A stretch of 64,000 nucleotides of DNA from an uncultured Spirochaetota bacterium (GCA_963768055.1 CAVYGN010000001.1:1120001-1184000); one strand, 5' to 3'. Shown: positions 19,835 through 30,319, numbered from the stretch's first letter. A program made the numbers and translations. Notes: generated by a model not told the origin, from the sequence alone.

Positions 19835-20905
19835 TTAAGACTTGCCGCTCACCTTTGCTTCATCGAAAGAGGCCATTTCACACATAATCTTGCATGAGGC
19901 GTCGATGATATTTATTGCAAGGGCCGCACCCGTACCCTCCCCGAGCCGCATATTCAAATCGATGATAGGTTTAAGATCCATCATATCAAGGGCAGTTTTA
20001 TGGCCCCTTTCAGCCGATTTATGGCCAGCGAAAAGATAACCGGCAACTTCCGTTTTTATAAGGAAGGCGATAAGCCCGCCCGCCGTAGAAATGAGTCCGT
20101 CCAGGACAACCGGTACTTTCGCGGATGCAGCAGCTAGGACAGCCCCGGCAATACCGGCTATTTCATATCCCCCTACCTTCTGCAAAATATCGAGTCCATC
20201 CGTTTTATCGGGATTCCTTAAGAGAAGCGCTTTTTTAATGATCTCAATTTTATTATTTAATGTCGCATTATCGATACCCGTCCCGCGGCCTGTAATTTCC
20301 TCCGGGGATCTGCCTGTTGCCGCTGAAATAACCGCTGTTGCTGAGGTTGTGTTGCCTATTCCCATTTCTCCTACACCAATTATATCGGGTTTGAATTTTT
20401 TACTTTGCTCAAAAAACACATCCATACCGTTTTCAACGGCTTTAATCGCTTCTTCCCGGGTCATTGAGTCCTCTTTTATAAAATTTCTGGTCCCTTTCCG
20501 GATCTTTTTATCAATGAGCATATCCGATGGCTCAAAATCAAAATTAACCCCCATATCTATTACATGTATATTGATCTGATTATGACGGCAGAGGACATTA
20601 ATAGCGGCTCCTCCATTAAGGAAATTCAGGACCATCTGATGTGTTACTTCAGCCGGGTAAGCAGAAACCCCTTCCGAAGCAATACCATGATCCCCTGCAA
20701 AAACGAACATTGCCTTCCCTGAAATTTTCGGGTTCAAATTTCCCTGGATCATTGCCATCTTCATTGCGATTTCTTCCATCATGCCGAGGGAACCGAGGGG
20801 CTTTGTTTTAAAATCGATCTTGTGACTGACTTCCGCCTCCAGCGCTTTCGATTCCGTGCTTTTATTCAGCGGCAAAATCCCCTGAATGATATTTTCGATT
20901 GGCAT
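19835..20905 (-). CDS. cobT: Nicotinate-nucleotide:dimethylbenzimidazole phosphoribosyltransferase
   Basis: KTKPLGSLG, GDHG, GEMGIGNTT, MRLGEGTGA. Confidence 0.96.
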   Translation of the reverse strand: MPIENIIQGILPLNKSTESKALEAEVSHKIDFKTKPLGSLGMMEEIAMKMAMIQGNLNPKISGKAMFVFAGDHGIASEGVSAYPAEVTHQMVLNFLNGGAAINVLCRHNQINIHVIDMGVNFDFEPSDMLIDKKIRKGTRNFIKEDSMTREEAIKAVENGMDVFFEQSKKFKPDIIGVGEMGIGNTTSATAVISAATGRSPEEITGRGTGIDNATLNNKIEIIKKALLLRNPDKTDGLDILQKVGGYEIAGIAGAVLAAASAKVPVVLDGLISTAGGLIAFLIKTEVAGYLFAGHKSAERGHKTALDMMDLKPIIDLNMRLGEGTGAALAINIIDASCKIMCEMASFDEAKVSGKS

Positions 20906-20958
20906 AATACCTCCAAAATATTTTATTAAGGGCAGTTTTAATCAGTAGGGCCAGAGGT

Positions 20959-21744
20959 TTAGAAGCGCCCGAAATTTAATCCGCCTTCCAGATATTCCAT
21001 CGATTCCATCAAATCCGTTTCGTTAAAAACCTCTAAAATAACCGAATGTTTGTATGTTTTTAAATATTTTATAACCTTTTCAATGTAAACCTTATCTGAA
21101 AGCCTCAGGGAAATATGATCTTTACCTCCTGCGCATCCATGGAGATGGACCTCATGAATTCTATCGTTAAAACTGGATATAAAATTTATCGGATCGAGGT
21201 TATTTATAAAAAGATGGCCCAAATCCATGCAAATTGGGTGCGGACTTTTAAATATGATATCTTTAACCCCGGTCAGGTCATAGTAAGTATTTTCCAGGAA
21301 AATATTTGAATTGAAACTGCCCAAACGGACGGATAATCTTTCAAGAATATTCCGGAATCTCTCCCGGTCATTTGGAACAGGCTTTGCATGCTCGATATGA
21401 AGAATAAACTCGTTAATATCTAAGGGCCGGGTAATTTCAATGATATGCTCGATGGCGTCGATATTATTCTCGAGACTGAAAAATTCACAATCCATCAAAT
21501 ACATATCGATTGGAAGATGGACTGCATATTGGATAGGGGACCCCTGTTTTAATTGATAAAGTTTTTTAAGTATCGGGGGTGAAGCAACTTCGTTTAAGAA
21601 ATTTTTCCCGAAAAAAAGAAGCTGGAGTTTATCAAAATGATCCTTTAAATATTCAACGTTCACGATTAAATTATCTTCGGACTGCTTCAATATAAATGAT
21701 GTAGTACCGATCAGGAATGGAAATTGATTCCTGTAATCTTTCAA
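20959..21744 (-). CDS. cbiR: Cobamide remodelling phosphodiesterase CbiR (AP endonuclease 2/TIM-barrel family)
   Basis: FPFLIGTTSFI N-terminus, VHLP, LENT, CMDLGH, VHLHG..KDH, LEVF metal motifs; lies between cobS and cobT. Confidence 0.8.
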   Translation of the reverse strand: MKDYRNQFPFLIGTTSFILKQSEDNLIVNVEYLKDHFDKLQLLFFGKNFLNEVASPPILKKLYQLKQGSPIQYAVHLPIDMYLMDCEFFSLENNIDAIEHIIEITRPLDINEFILHIEHAKPVPNDRERFRNILERLSVRLGSFNSNIFLENTYYDLTGVKDIIFKSPHPICMDLGHLFINNLDPINFISSFNDRIHEVHLHGCAGGKDHISLRLSDKVYIEKVIKYLKTYKHSVILEVFNETDLMESMEYLEGGLNFGRF

Positions 21745-22541
21745 AGGATCCCTCCGGTCTTTTTTATTATTAAAAAGACGGCTATCAGAAGAAGTTCAAG
21801 CACTTCGGCCGAAGCCCCCAGTACATCGCCGGTAACGCCGCCGATTTTTTTATTTGAATAAGCCCTTATCATAAGAATCGATATTATAACCGTGACCAAT
21901 CCTCCGATAAAAAACGGCAAAATTTTGAACCCGGCGATCAAAAGGACCCCGAATAAAATTAAGAAAGCAATAATAGATGAAAGAATAAGTATTAATGGCT
22001 TTATCTGCCCGACAAGGCTTTTGCCTGTGCCGCTCTTCCTCGGGTATTTCGATATGAAACAGAGAAAAATTATCCCATACCGGGAAAGCACAGGAATGAT
22101 AATGATCAGCGGCAGGAAATACGAAAAGGTCGTAAGCAGTTTTTTAATCAAAAGGAATTTCAGAAGCAAAAATAAAATAATCCCTCCAAGAGCAAAGCTG
22201 CCTGTACTGCTGTCCTTCATTATAACGAGCCTTTCCTCTTTAGAACGGTCTGCCAGAAAACCGTCAAAAGTATCGGCAAGTCCGTCAAGGTGAAAAAACT
22301 TATTCAAACAATAGGGAATGGTCAGCAGCATAAAGGAAAGAAAATCAATGTCTTTTACGAAGAAATTAAGTATCAATAAAGCCGATGCCAGAACCAGCCC
22401 GAAAAACAAACCCACCAGGGGGAAAAAAGCAGCCGATCGCGTGCAATTCTCTTCATCATAACAGATGCTTTTCTGAAAACCCATCGGTAATCTGGTCAAC
22501 GTTGAAAAAGAAATATAAAGGGAAGACAACCAATTTTTCAT
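21741..22541 (-). CDS. cobS: Adenosylcobinamide-GDP ribazoletransferase (cobalamin synthase)
   Basis: HLDGLADTFDG, IMKDS, GGVTGDVLGA; hydrophobic. Confidence 0.96.
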   Translation of the reverse strand: MKNWLSSLYISFSTLTRLPMGFQKSICYDEENCTRSAAFFPLVGLFFGLVLASALLILNFFVKDIDFLSFMLLTIPYCLNKFFHLDGLADTFDGFLADRSKEERLVIMKDSSTGSFALGGIILFLLLKFLLIKKLLTTFSYFLPLIIIIPVLSRYGIIFLCFISKYPRKSGTGKSLVGQIKPLILILSSIIAFLILFGVLLIAGFKILPFFIGGLVTVIISILMIRAYSNKKIGGVTGDVLGASAEVLELLLIAVFLIIKKTGGIL

Positions 22542-23188
22542 AACAGCCTCACTGGAATTCCGGCGATCATGAAATAAACATAATCGGCCCAGGAGGCCAT
22601 TTTCTGGTTCATTCTGCCATGGATATCCCTGTACAGGCGGCTGACCGGATCGCCGGGTATGATGCCCAGTCCCAATTCATTGGAAATGATAATGAGAGTC
22701 TTATCTGTTTTATTTAGGTGGAATAATTGTCCTGCATCGTATTTCCAGGCATTTTCGTCCGCCCTGATAAGCGTCCCCGGCATTAAACCCGAAAACGCCG
22801 ATTCATCGCGGCCATTTTCAAAAACATGGTTTATCTCATCCAGTGTATGGAATACAAATTCTTCAATTTTCCCGTTGTCCCGTTTATTAAAAAGGTTTCC
22901 CAGCCATGTTGTCAGGCAGTCAAGGATAAAAATATTATGATTCTCAATCAATTTATTGAGCTGTCCTGCAATATAAACACTTTCCTCATAGGTTTCAAAT
23001 TCTTTTGTCCTTCTTTTACGGTGGTGCCTGATCCGTTCGGAAAACTCTTCATCCAACCCTTCACCTGTAGCAATATAGGCAATCGTTCCCTTATACCCCG
23101 CGTTTCCAATCATCTGCAGAGCCAGCAATTCGGCAAAACGGCTTTTCCCCGACCTTGCTCCTCCTAAAATAAAAACTATCCGGTTCAT
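22538..23188 (-). CDS. cobU: Bifunctional adenosylcobinamide kinase/guanylyltransferase
   Basis: GGARSGKSRFAE, YIATG, RIRHH, DCLTTW, SNELGLG. Confidence 0.95.
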   Translation of the reverse strand: MNRIVFILGGARSGKSRFAELLALQMIGNAGYKGTIAYIATGEGLDEEFSERIRHHRKRRTKEFETYEESVYIAGQLNKLIENHNIFILDCLTTWLGNLFNKRDNGKIEEFVFHTLDEINHVFENGRDESAFSGLMPGTLIRADENAWKYDAGQLFHLNKTDKTLIIISNELGLGIIPGDPVSRLYRDIHGRMNQKMASWADYVYFMIAGIPVRLL

Positions 23189-23201
23189 GAAGAAACTCCG
23201 A

Positions 23202-25106
23202 TTAAAATTTAATTTTTAAACCCGCATTGAACATAATACCCCCCGTGTTGTATCCGAAGACTTCCACATATTGTGTATTAAACAGATTATTTACATTCGC
23301 GTAAATATCAAAACGGTCCAGCTTCAGGAGAAAGTTCAGGTTTACCAGCGAATAATCATCCATTTCAACATACGGACTATCTGTAGAAAGGTAACCGTAA
23401 CGGGTGCCGTAATAAGAATATTGTATTTCCATAAATAAATTTTTGACCGGCATTATATCGATGTTAACACTCGCTTTATGCATAGGTATATATAAAATGT
23501 ACTGCCCTGAGTTTGTGTTGAAAGCATAAGTATAAGTATAGCCGATCGATATGACCAGGAAATCCCATGGTGTTATTTTAGCCGATGATTCTACGCCTTC
23601 TGTAAGTGCGCTGTCGATATTTGAATATCTGGATGAGTTATAATCGTAAGTTACCAGATCGTTAAACCGGTTCTGGAAATAGACGATTTCCAGAGTGACC
23701 GCCTCACCGAAAGACTCAACTGCTCCCGCATCGAACCCGAAGCTGTATTCAGGTTTTAAATTTGTATCCCCGTAACTTGAATATAGCTGGAAAAGCGTCG
23801 GCTCTTTGTACCCGGTCCCTATATTTCCTTTTAATGATAAACCGGTATCTGGTATGGAATATAGCAAAGAACTGCTGTAATTTAGGACTGCCCCTGCAAT
23901 CTGGCTGAAATCCGCCCGAAACCCGGAGGTATTTATCAATGAGTCAAAAAGCTTCAACTGGTTTTCTGCAAATATTCCCGCATTTGTTTTCGATACCGGC
24001 AGGATATCATTTGTGTAAGGGCCATAATTGTTTGATAAAAAATAATGGGAATTTCCATCCTCCTCACTTAAATCGGCGCCGATCGTAATCGTATCGATTT
24101 TCTGAATATGGAAATTATTTATTAAATCCGCTTTGATATTATTGCCATTATACCAGCTGTTGACAAGGTCATCATTTTCAAAGTTAGGGTAATCCATATC
24201 TTCTATTCTATTATATAAATAGGAGATTGAAGCTTTATAATCCCACCAGTCGGTTACAAAATGGCTAAATTCCAGTTTTGCGGCGCTGTTTTCATTTACA
24301 TATGTATGATTTATGTCATCCTCATATGCGCCGTCATCTACATTTGCATCGGCAAAATTGTAATGTACAACCAGATTCAAATCCCCCCCGTCAAAAAGGC
24401 GAACACCGATCTTTGAGGAAATCGTCGTATTAAGGTAGCCGTCTCTTGACGGGGCATTCAATGAATTGCTTAAAGTTACATCCGGAAAGCCGTCGCTCTG
24501 AATATGGGATATATAAAGAGAATAATTCCAATTACTCAGGCTTCCGCTGACCCCTCCTCCATATTTAAAAGTATTAAAACTGCCGGCCTCGGCGTCTATT
24601 TCAGCTTTCGGATCGCCGCTACCGCTTTTCGTAATTATGTTGATAACCCCTCCCATTGCGTCTGAACCGTAGAGTGTGCTAAAAGGGCCTCGGATTACTT
24701 CGATTCTATCGATATTATCCGAAGTCAGATCGGCAAAATCGAAAGATCTGTCATTGGACATCGGATTATTAACCGGAATACCGTCGATCAGGACAAGAGT
24801 GCCCCCAGGTTCCGTTCCGCGTATATAAACCTGGGATAATCCGCCGAAGCCGCCGGTCTGATACAGGGTTACTCCAGGCAGATCCCTGATAAGATCCTTC
24901 ACGTCCTGGTTCGCTTTTTTCTGTATATCGCTTTCATTAATGACGCTGATCGAAGCTCCAACATTCGATAAAGGCTGTTCATAACGGTTTGCGGTAACAA
25001 CGATTTCCGGTAATTCGTTAGTCGCCCCCTGATTTGTTTCAAGAGCGTTGATAATACCGGCACCGTTAAAAATAAAAAAAACCGTTAAGAAAAGTTTTAT
25101 ATTCAT
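23202..25106 (-). CDS. btuB: TonB-dependent cobalamin receptor
   Basis: TonB box EIVVTANR, plug IEVIRGPFSTLYGSDAMGGVINIITK, C-terminal Phe; inside B12 operon. Confidence 0.9.
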   Translation of the reverse strand: MNIKLFLTVFFIFNGAGIINALETNQGATNELPEIVVTANRYEQPLSNVGASISVINESDIQKKANQDVKDLIRDLPGVTLYQTGGFGGLSQVYIRGTEPGGTLVLIDGIPVNNPMSNDRSFDFADLTSDNIDRIEVIRGPFSTLYGSDAMGGVINIITKSGSGDPKAEIDAEAGSFNTFKYGGGVSGSLSNWNYSLYISHIQSDGFPDVTLSNSLNAPSRDGYLNTTISSKIGVRLFDGGDLNLVVHYNFADANVDDGAYEDDINHTYVNENSAAKLEFSHFVTDWWDYKASISYLYNRIEDMDYPNFENDDLVNSWYNGNNIKADLINNFHIQKIDTITIGADLSEEDGNSHYFLSNNYGPYTNDILPVSKTNAGIFAENQLKLFDSLINTSGFRADFSQIAGAVLNYSSSLLYSIPDTGLSLKGNIGTGYKEPTLFQLYSSYGDTNLKPEYSFGFDAGAVESFGEAVTLEIVYFQNRFNDLVTYDYNSSRYSNIDSALTEGVESSAKITPWDFLVISIGYTYTYAFNTNSGQYILYIPMHKASVNIDIMPVKNLFMEIQYSYYGTRYGYLSTDSPYVEMDDYSLVNLNFLLKLDRFDIYANVNNLFNTQYVEVFGYNTGGIMFNAGLKIKF

Positions 25107-25121
25107 TATGACCTCCTGATA

Positions 25122-25922
25122 TCAGCGTTTCTTCATTTCTTCTTCAGAAACTAAGAACACATAGGGTTTATGCGAAAGCGGATTGTTCTCGACAATTACT
25201 ACTGTCTCGTATATTTCTTCTATTGTCCGGTAATTCAATATCTCCGACGGGGTTCCTGTATAACGGACAGTTCCGTTTTTTAATAGAATAATATCATCGC
25301 TGTACTCCGACGCCAGATTCAAATCATGCAGCACCATAATTATTGTCAGGCCGGTTTCACGATTATACCGGCGTATCAAATCCAGCATACCGACCTGGTG
25401 CTTGATATCAAGATGGGATGTAGGTTCGTCCATCAATAAAAGCGCAGGTTCCTGGTTCAGCGCTTTTGCAAACTGGGCCAACTGGCGTTCACCCCCGCTT
25501 ATAGAATCGAGAAGCTTATACCGGATATCTTTTATGCCCGCCAGTTCAATGTTTTTTTCAGTTTTATCAACATCTGTTCCGCTTTCAAAAAGCTGAAAAT
25601 CCTTATGATGCGGGATCCTTCCCATCATTACATAATCAAAAACCGGGATGGAAACCGTCTCGATATACTGGCTCACTACCGCTACTTTCCGCGAAAAGGC
25701 TTTTAACCCCATCTTCCAGATATCAATGCCTTCAAAATAAACTGTTCCGCTTTCGGGTTTTAAAAACCGGCTGATTGTCTTTAATAACGTAGTTTTTCCT
25801 GACCCGTTAGGCCCGATAAGGCCTGTTATTTTATGTTCACCAATGGAGAAATTTATATTTTTCAGCCTGAATTGACGGCCATAGCCGGCTGTAGCATTTT
25901 TTACTTCCAGCAGCATGCTCAT
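25122..25922 (-). CDS. btuD: Cobalamin/iron-chelate ABC transporter ATPase
   Basis: GPNGSGKT, ISGGERQ, LMDEPTSHLD, VLHDLN. Confidence 0.88.
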   Translation of the reverse strand: MSMLLEVKNATAGYGRQFRLKNINFSIGEHKITGLIGPNGSGKTTLLKTISRFLKPESGTVYFEGIDIWKMGLKAFSRKVAVVSQYIETVSIPVFDYVMMGRIPHHKDFQLFESGTDVDKTEKNIELAGIKDIRYKLLDSISGGERQLAQFAKALNQEPALLLMDEPTSHLDIKHQVGMLDLIRRYNRETGLTIIMVLHDLNLASEYSDDIILLKNGTVRYTGTPSEILNYRTIEEIYETVVIVENNPLSHKPYVFLVSEEEMKKR

Positions 25923-26935
25923 ATCGCCGCCTTTCTTACGGAGAGCGTATAGATAAACAATAAACCTCCAAGCAAACCGGTAATTACACCGACAGGCAGT
26001 TCCTCCGGCGCAATGACCGTTCTTGAAATAGTGTCTGAAAGCACAAGAAAACCGCTTCCTCCGAGAAAAGAGGCTATCAGTAAAATCCTATGGTCCCTCC
26101 CCGCGATAAGCCTCATAAAATGCGGAATCAATAATCCGACAAAGCCAATGACGCCGGCGACGGATACACAAAACCCGGTTATAATGGAAGAGATTACAAA
26201 AAGAAAACGTTTGCTCCTCTCAATATTGATTCCAAGGTGCACTGCCTGTTCTTCCCCAAGCGATAGGGCGTTCAGATCTATCGCAAAAAAATAACTGAAA
26301 ATAAGGCTTAAACCTGATAATAATGCGGCAAGACGGATAAGTTCCCAATTATTTTGATCGAGAGAGCCCATCATCCAGAAGATGATCCTCTCCAGGCTTT
26401 CAGCTTTTGACAATGCCATTATGAGAAGCATTAACGATGAAGAAATAAAACTGAACATGACCCCGACAAGCAGAACGCTCTGAATCTGCATTGTATTACT
26501 CCTGACTGCAGCCAGGTATAAAAGCGTTATAACTAAAAGTGCTCCGATAAATCCGGATAACGGCAAACTGTAAATGCCGAGCTGGTGTACAATTCTCAGG
26601 CTGCCGAGAGAGACGCAAACAGCCACCCCCAGTACCGCGCCTCCGGATATCCCGATAGTGTATGGTTCGACTAAAGGATTCCTGAATAAACCCTGAAGGA
26701 TTACGCCGGCTAAACTTAATGCGCCGCCTACGGCCAATCCTAGCAATATCCGTGGAATACGGATATCCATAACAATGCTCCTGTCGATGGAATCTTTTAT
26801 TGAAAACAGGGCATGAATACTCCGTGTGAATGTCAATCCTGAAGGTCCGACACTGATAGATAAAAAAACGATGGCAATTAAAGCAATAATGAGAATACTA
26901 ATGATAAAAAAATTCTTAAACCATATGTTTTTCAT
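25919..26935 (-). CDS. btuC: Cobalamin ABC transporter permease (FecCD family)
   Basis: IRIPRILL, FRNPLVEP, GEEQAVHLG, ELPVGVIT. Confidence 0.9.
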   Translation of the reverse strand: MKNIWFKNFFIISILIIALIAIVFLSISVGPSGLTFTRSIHALFSIKDSIDRSIVMDIRIPRILLGLAVGGALSLAGVILQGLFRNPLVEPYTIGISGGAVLGVAVCVSLGSLRIVHQLGIYSLPLSGFIGALLVITLLYLAAVRSNTMQIQSVLLVGVMFSFISSSLMLLIMALSKAESLERIIFWMMGSLDQNNWELIRLAALLSGLSLIFSYFFAIDLNALSLGEEQAVHLGINIERSKRFLFVISSIITGFCVSVAGVIGFVGLLIPHFMRLIAGRDHRILLIASFLGGSGFLVLSDTISRTVIAPEELPVGVITGLLGGLLFIYTLSVRKAAI

Positions 26936-27762
26936 TTGCTCCTCATTTCTTTAAATTCCGGGTGTATCATATGTACGATTTCATCCAGTGTTGTAGCAAA
27001 GGAGAGCGGGGTAGGACTGCAAAGATGGTATGAGTCTATTCTATAAACCGCGTTTTGCTTAACTGCCATGATAGATTTGAATTTTTGCCAGTAGTATTTT
27101 TCATTGTTATTATCCATATCCGATAAAATGATAATTTCAGGATCGTTTTTCATCACTTCTTCAAGGCTGTAAATTCCTGCCACGGAATTTTCAGCGATAT
27201 TGATACCTCCTCCGAAAATGATAAAGTCATTGATAAAGGAATTTTTACCGGCTGTAAAAAGCGGGTCGGACCCGATCTGGACAAAGACCCTTTTTTTAGT
27301 AAAGCGATCAACCGCTGATTTTATTTTTGATACCCTGCCCTGAACCATAAGGATCATATCTTTTGCGGTATTTTCCCGACCCAGCAAAACTGCAAGTCGC
27401 ATAAACTGGTCGCAAATCTCCTGAAAACTTTCAGGTTCTGAAAATACTTCCAATCTGATTTTCATATCTTTTATTTTTTCAAGTTTTCTTGGATCAGTTA
27501 TACTTGATGCCAGAAGCAGATCGGGGTTCATTTGAATTATTTTTTCTATACTGAAATCGATCAGATTGCCTATTTTTACTTTTTTCTTAGCGGCTTCGGG
27601 ATGAATACAATAAATAGTATCGGCTATCAGGTCGGAATCTTGTCCGAGTAAAAAAACCTCTTCGGTTAATATAGGGCTTAATGATATTATTCTGTGAAAG
27701 TTAGCCGGGAAAGCAGGCTGTAATATAAAAATTAAAAAGCAAATCAACGCATATCGCGACAT
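26932..27762 (-). CDS. btuF: Cobalamin-binding periplasmic protein
   Basis: RIISLSP, EKIIQMNPDL, GGINIA, EEVMKNDPEII; first gene after riboswitch. Confidence 0.85.
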   Translation of the reverse strand: MSRYALICFLIFILQPAFPANFHRIISLSPILTEEVFLLGQDSDLIADTIYCIHPEAAKKKVKIGNLIDFSIEKIIQMNPDLLLASSITDPRKLEKIKDMKIRLEVFSEPESFQEICDQFMRLAVLLGRENTAKDMILMVQGRVSKIKSAVDRFTKKRVFVQIGSDPLFTAGKNSFINDFIIFGGGINIAENSVAGIYSLEEVMKNDPEIIILSDMDNNNEKYYWQKFKSIMAVKQNAVYRIDSYHLCSPTPLSFATTLDEIVHMIHPEFKEMRSK

Positions 27763-27872
27763 AAATTCTCGAAAAAAATATTTCTTATTTTCTAAGGGAG
27801 GATCGATAAAGAAAAGGAAACGGGAGGGTATTATCTTTTCTTTCCTTAGCCCGAGGAAAATAAGATTTTATC

Positions 27873-28030
27873 ATGCGGCAGGTCTCCTGACTCGGGATAA
27901 AATTGTCTCCTCGCCTTCCCGTTAAGAAATAACAGTGGTTTTGGAGAAAGTAATAATCCCTTACAGTGCCGGGTAGCGCTCTGGCCTTAAACCAGATTCC
28001 CTATTAAACCCATCCGGGTGCCGTTTGATA
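27873..28030 (-). ncRNA. Cobalamin (B12) riboswitch
   Basis: Minus strand reads ...TAATAGGGAATCTGGT..CCAGAGC..CCCGGCACTGTAA...CCACTG...GGGAAGGC...GAGTCAGGAGACCTGCC (B12 box); directly upstream of btuF. Confidence 0.95.
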
Positions 28031-28039
28031 ACTTGGAGA

Positions 28040-28068
28040 AGTATATTAATTTTATTAAAAAAAGTCAA
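28040..28068 (-). promoter_or_regulatory. sigma70 promoter of the B12 operon
   Basis: TTGACT-N17-TATACT just upstream of the riboswitch. Confidence 0.75.
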
Positions 28069-28246
28069 AAAATAATAATCAATACGTTTTATTTGCAAAA
28101 GCTGCTATACAATGCTTCATCAAAAAAAAGCAAAGACCTTCATCTGTGTCATCTGGTTCCGATGCTTTTAAGCATAAATTATTTTGATAAATAATTTTGC
28201 TTATTTTAAGATATAAGGATATATGTCTTTATAAATTCATCTTAAA

Positions 28247-30319
28247 ATGAGGTATGTTATGCCCTCAGCCAACAGCAAAGCGGATATATCCAGGATTGAT
28301 GAATTGATAAAAATAATATCCGAACATGATTATAATTATTATGTTCTGGATGCCCCTAAAATTGACGATTATCAATACGATTTACTCATGAAAGAACTTG
28401 AGAAATTGGAAAAAGAGCATCCGGAGCATATCAGGGAAGATTCTCCTACGCGAAGGGTGAGCGGCAAGGCAATTGAAAAATTCGAAAATTTCAAGCATCC
28501 CTTCAAAATGTTAAGTCTTAATAACGCTATGAACATCGGTGAATTTCATGATTTTTACGGCAGAGTCGTTAAAGAAATGGATGGAGATCCTCTCTTTAAG
28601 GCCCCGATAATTACCTGCGAGCATAAGTTCGATGGTCTGGCCATAGAACTGATATATGAGGAAGGCACTCTCGCCGCAGCTTCAACAAGGGGAAACGGCG
28701 AGGTTGGAGAACTTATCACAGCTAACGTTAAAACTATAAGAAGTGCGCCCTTAAGACTGAAAGGAAAATATCCGAGGTTCCTTGCTGTTTACGGAGAGGC
28801 GCTAATGTTTAAGAGCGATTTTGACAGGCTCAACCAGGAAAGAATGGAAAGCGGTGAACCCCTGTTTGCAAATCCCAGAAATGCTGCTGCCGGAAGCCTG
28901 CGCCAGCTTGATCCGGCTGTTAGTTCAAGGAGAAATCTAAAGTTTTATGCTTACGGGGCCAGGTCTTATCCGGCCGACAGGATTCTCGGGTCAATCGATT
29001 CCCATAACGAAAGATTAAATTATCTTATTGATATAGGTTTTCCGGTTAATGAATATTGTATTAAGACCGGACGTATTGATAATGTTATCGAATACCATAA
29101 TAAATGGGAAGAATCAAGGGGAATTCTTCCATATGATATAGACGGCATCGTTGCCAAAATCGATTCGATCGCTCTGCAGAACAGGCTTGGTTATGACGCC
29201 AGAAGCCCGAAATGGGCAATCGCATGGAAATTCAAACCGGCCTTTGCCAGTACAATACTGAGAAATGTGGAATTCAGTGTCGGGAGGCAGGGAACTATTA
29301 CTCCGACCGCTGGATTTGATCCGGTAACACTAGCCGGGGCGAAGATAAGCAGGGCTACACTTCATAATTTTGATGAGATTAAACGCCTGGATCTGAAGAT
29401 AGGGGATACGATAATAGTAGAAAGGTCGGGAGAAGTAATTCCGAAGGTCATATCCGTAGTAATGGAAAAAAGGACAGGCGCCGGCGTGCGTATCGCCCCC
29501 CCCGATAAATGCCCTGTTTGTTCTTCGAAGGTTGTAAAATACGGAGAAGAGGTCGCTCTTCGGTGTGTCAATCCGGAATGCCCGGCTTTAATAACCGGAA
29601 AATTAAGACATTTTGTTTCCAGGAATTGTTTTAATATCGAAGGACTTGGAGAAGAGAATATAAGCCGTTTTTTTGAATTGGGGTTTATAAAAAATTATGC
29701 GGATATTTTTCTTTTAAAGGAAAAAAGGGAAATACTGCTTAAACTTGATCGTTTCGGCGAAAAAAGCGTCGATAACCTGCTTAACTCTATAGAGATATCG
29801 AAGAATATAGAATATTGGCGTTTTATAAACGCCCTTGGTGTAGACTATGTAGGAGAAGAAAGCTCCAGGCTTTTAGCAGAAAAATTTTGTCCTCTTGATA
29901 TCTTAATGGATTCCAGTGAAGAATCCCTTATGACAGTGCAGGGAATAGGCGGAGTCATTGCTAAAAGCGTTTTCTCATATTTTAATGATAAAAGAAATAG
30001 GGGTATAATTCTGAATATCATCGATTCGGGAGTAGTAATAATATATCCTGCTACGATCCTGCCGATAAAAAATTCGATGATTACCGGTAAAAAATTCGTT
30101 TTTACAGGAAGAGCGGAAAGTTTTTCAAGAGAGAAATTAGCCCTGCTTGTAAGACAGTTCGGCGGGATAACCTCGGATTCCGTATCCAAGAATACAGATT
30201 ATCTTATCGCCGGAGAAAACCCCGGTTCGAAATTGGAAAAAGCCGTATCCCTTGGGATCAAGATATTGAATGAAAAAGAATTTCTTGACATGATAGGAAA
30301 ATTGGACGGGAACCACTGA
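28247..30319 (+). CDS. ligA: NAD-dependent DNA ligase
   Basis: EHKFDGLA (KxDG), ANPRNAAAGSLRQ, zinc finger, HhH, BRCT; true start may be 28259. Confidence 0.98.
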   Translation: MRYVMPSANSKADISRIDELIKIISEHDYNYYVLDAPKIDDYQYDLLMKELEKLEKEHPEHIREDSPTRRVSGKAIEKFENFKHPFKMLSLNNAMNIGEFHDFYGRVVKEMDGDPLFKAPIITCEHKFDGLAIELIYEEGTLAAASTRGNGEVGELITANVKTIRSAPLRLKGKYPRFLAVYGEALMFKSDFDRLNQERMESGEPLFANPRNAAAGSLRQLDPAVSSRRNLKFYAYGARSYPADRILGSIDSHNERLNYLIDIGFPVNEYCIKTGRIDNVIEYHNKWEESRGILPYDIDGIVAKIDSIALQNRLGYDARSPKWAIAWKFKPAFASTILRNVEFSVGRQGTITPTAGFDPVTLAGAKISRATLHNFDEIKRLDLKIGDTIIVERSGEVIPKVISVVMEKRTGAGVRIAPPDKCPVCSSKVVKYGEEVALRCVNPECPALITGKLRHFVSRNCFNIEGLGEENISRFFELGFIKNYADIFLLKEKREILLKLDRFGEKSVDNLLNSIEISKNIEYWRFINALGVDYVGEESSRLLAEKFCPLDILMDSSEESLMTVQGIGGVIAKSVFSYFNDKRNRGIILNIIDSGVVIIYPATILPIKNSMITGKKFVFTGRAESFSREKLALLVRQFGGITSDSVSKNTDYLIAGENPGSKLEKAVSLGIKILNEKEFLDMIGKLDGNH

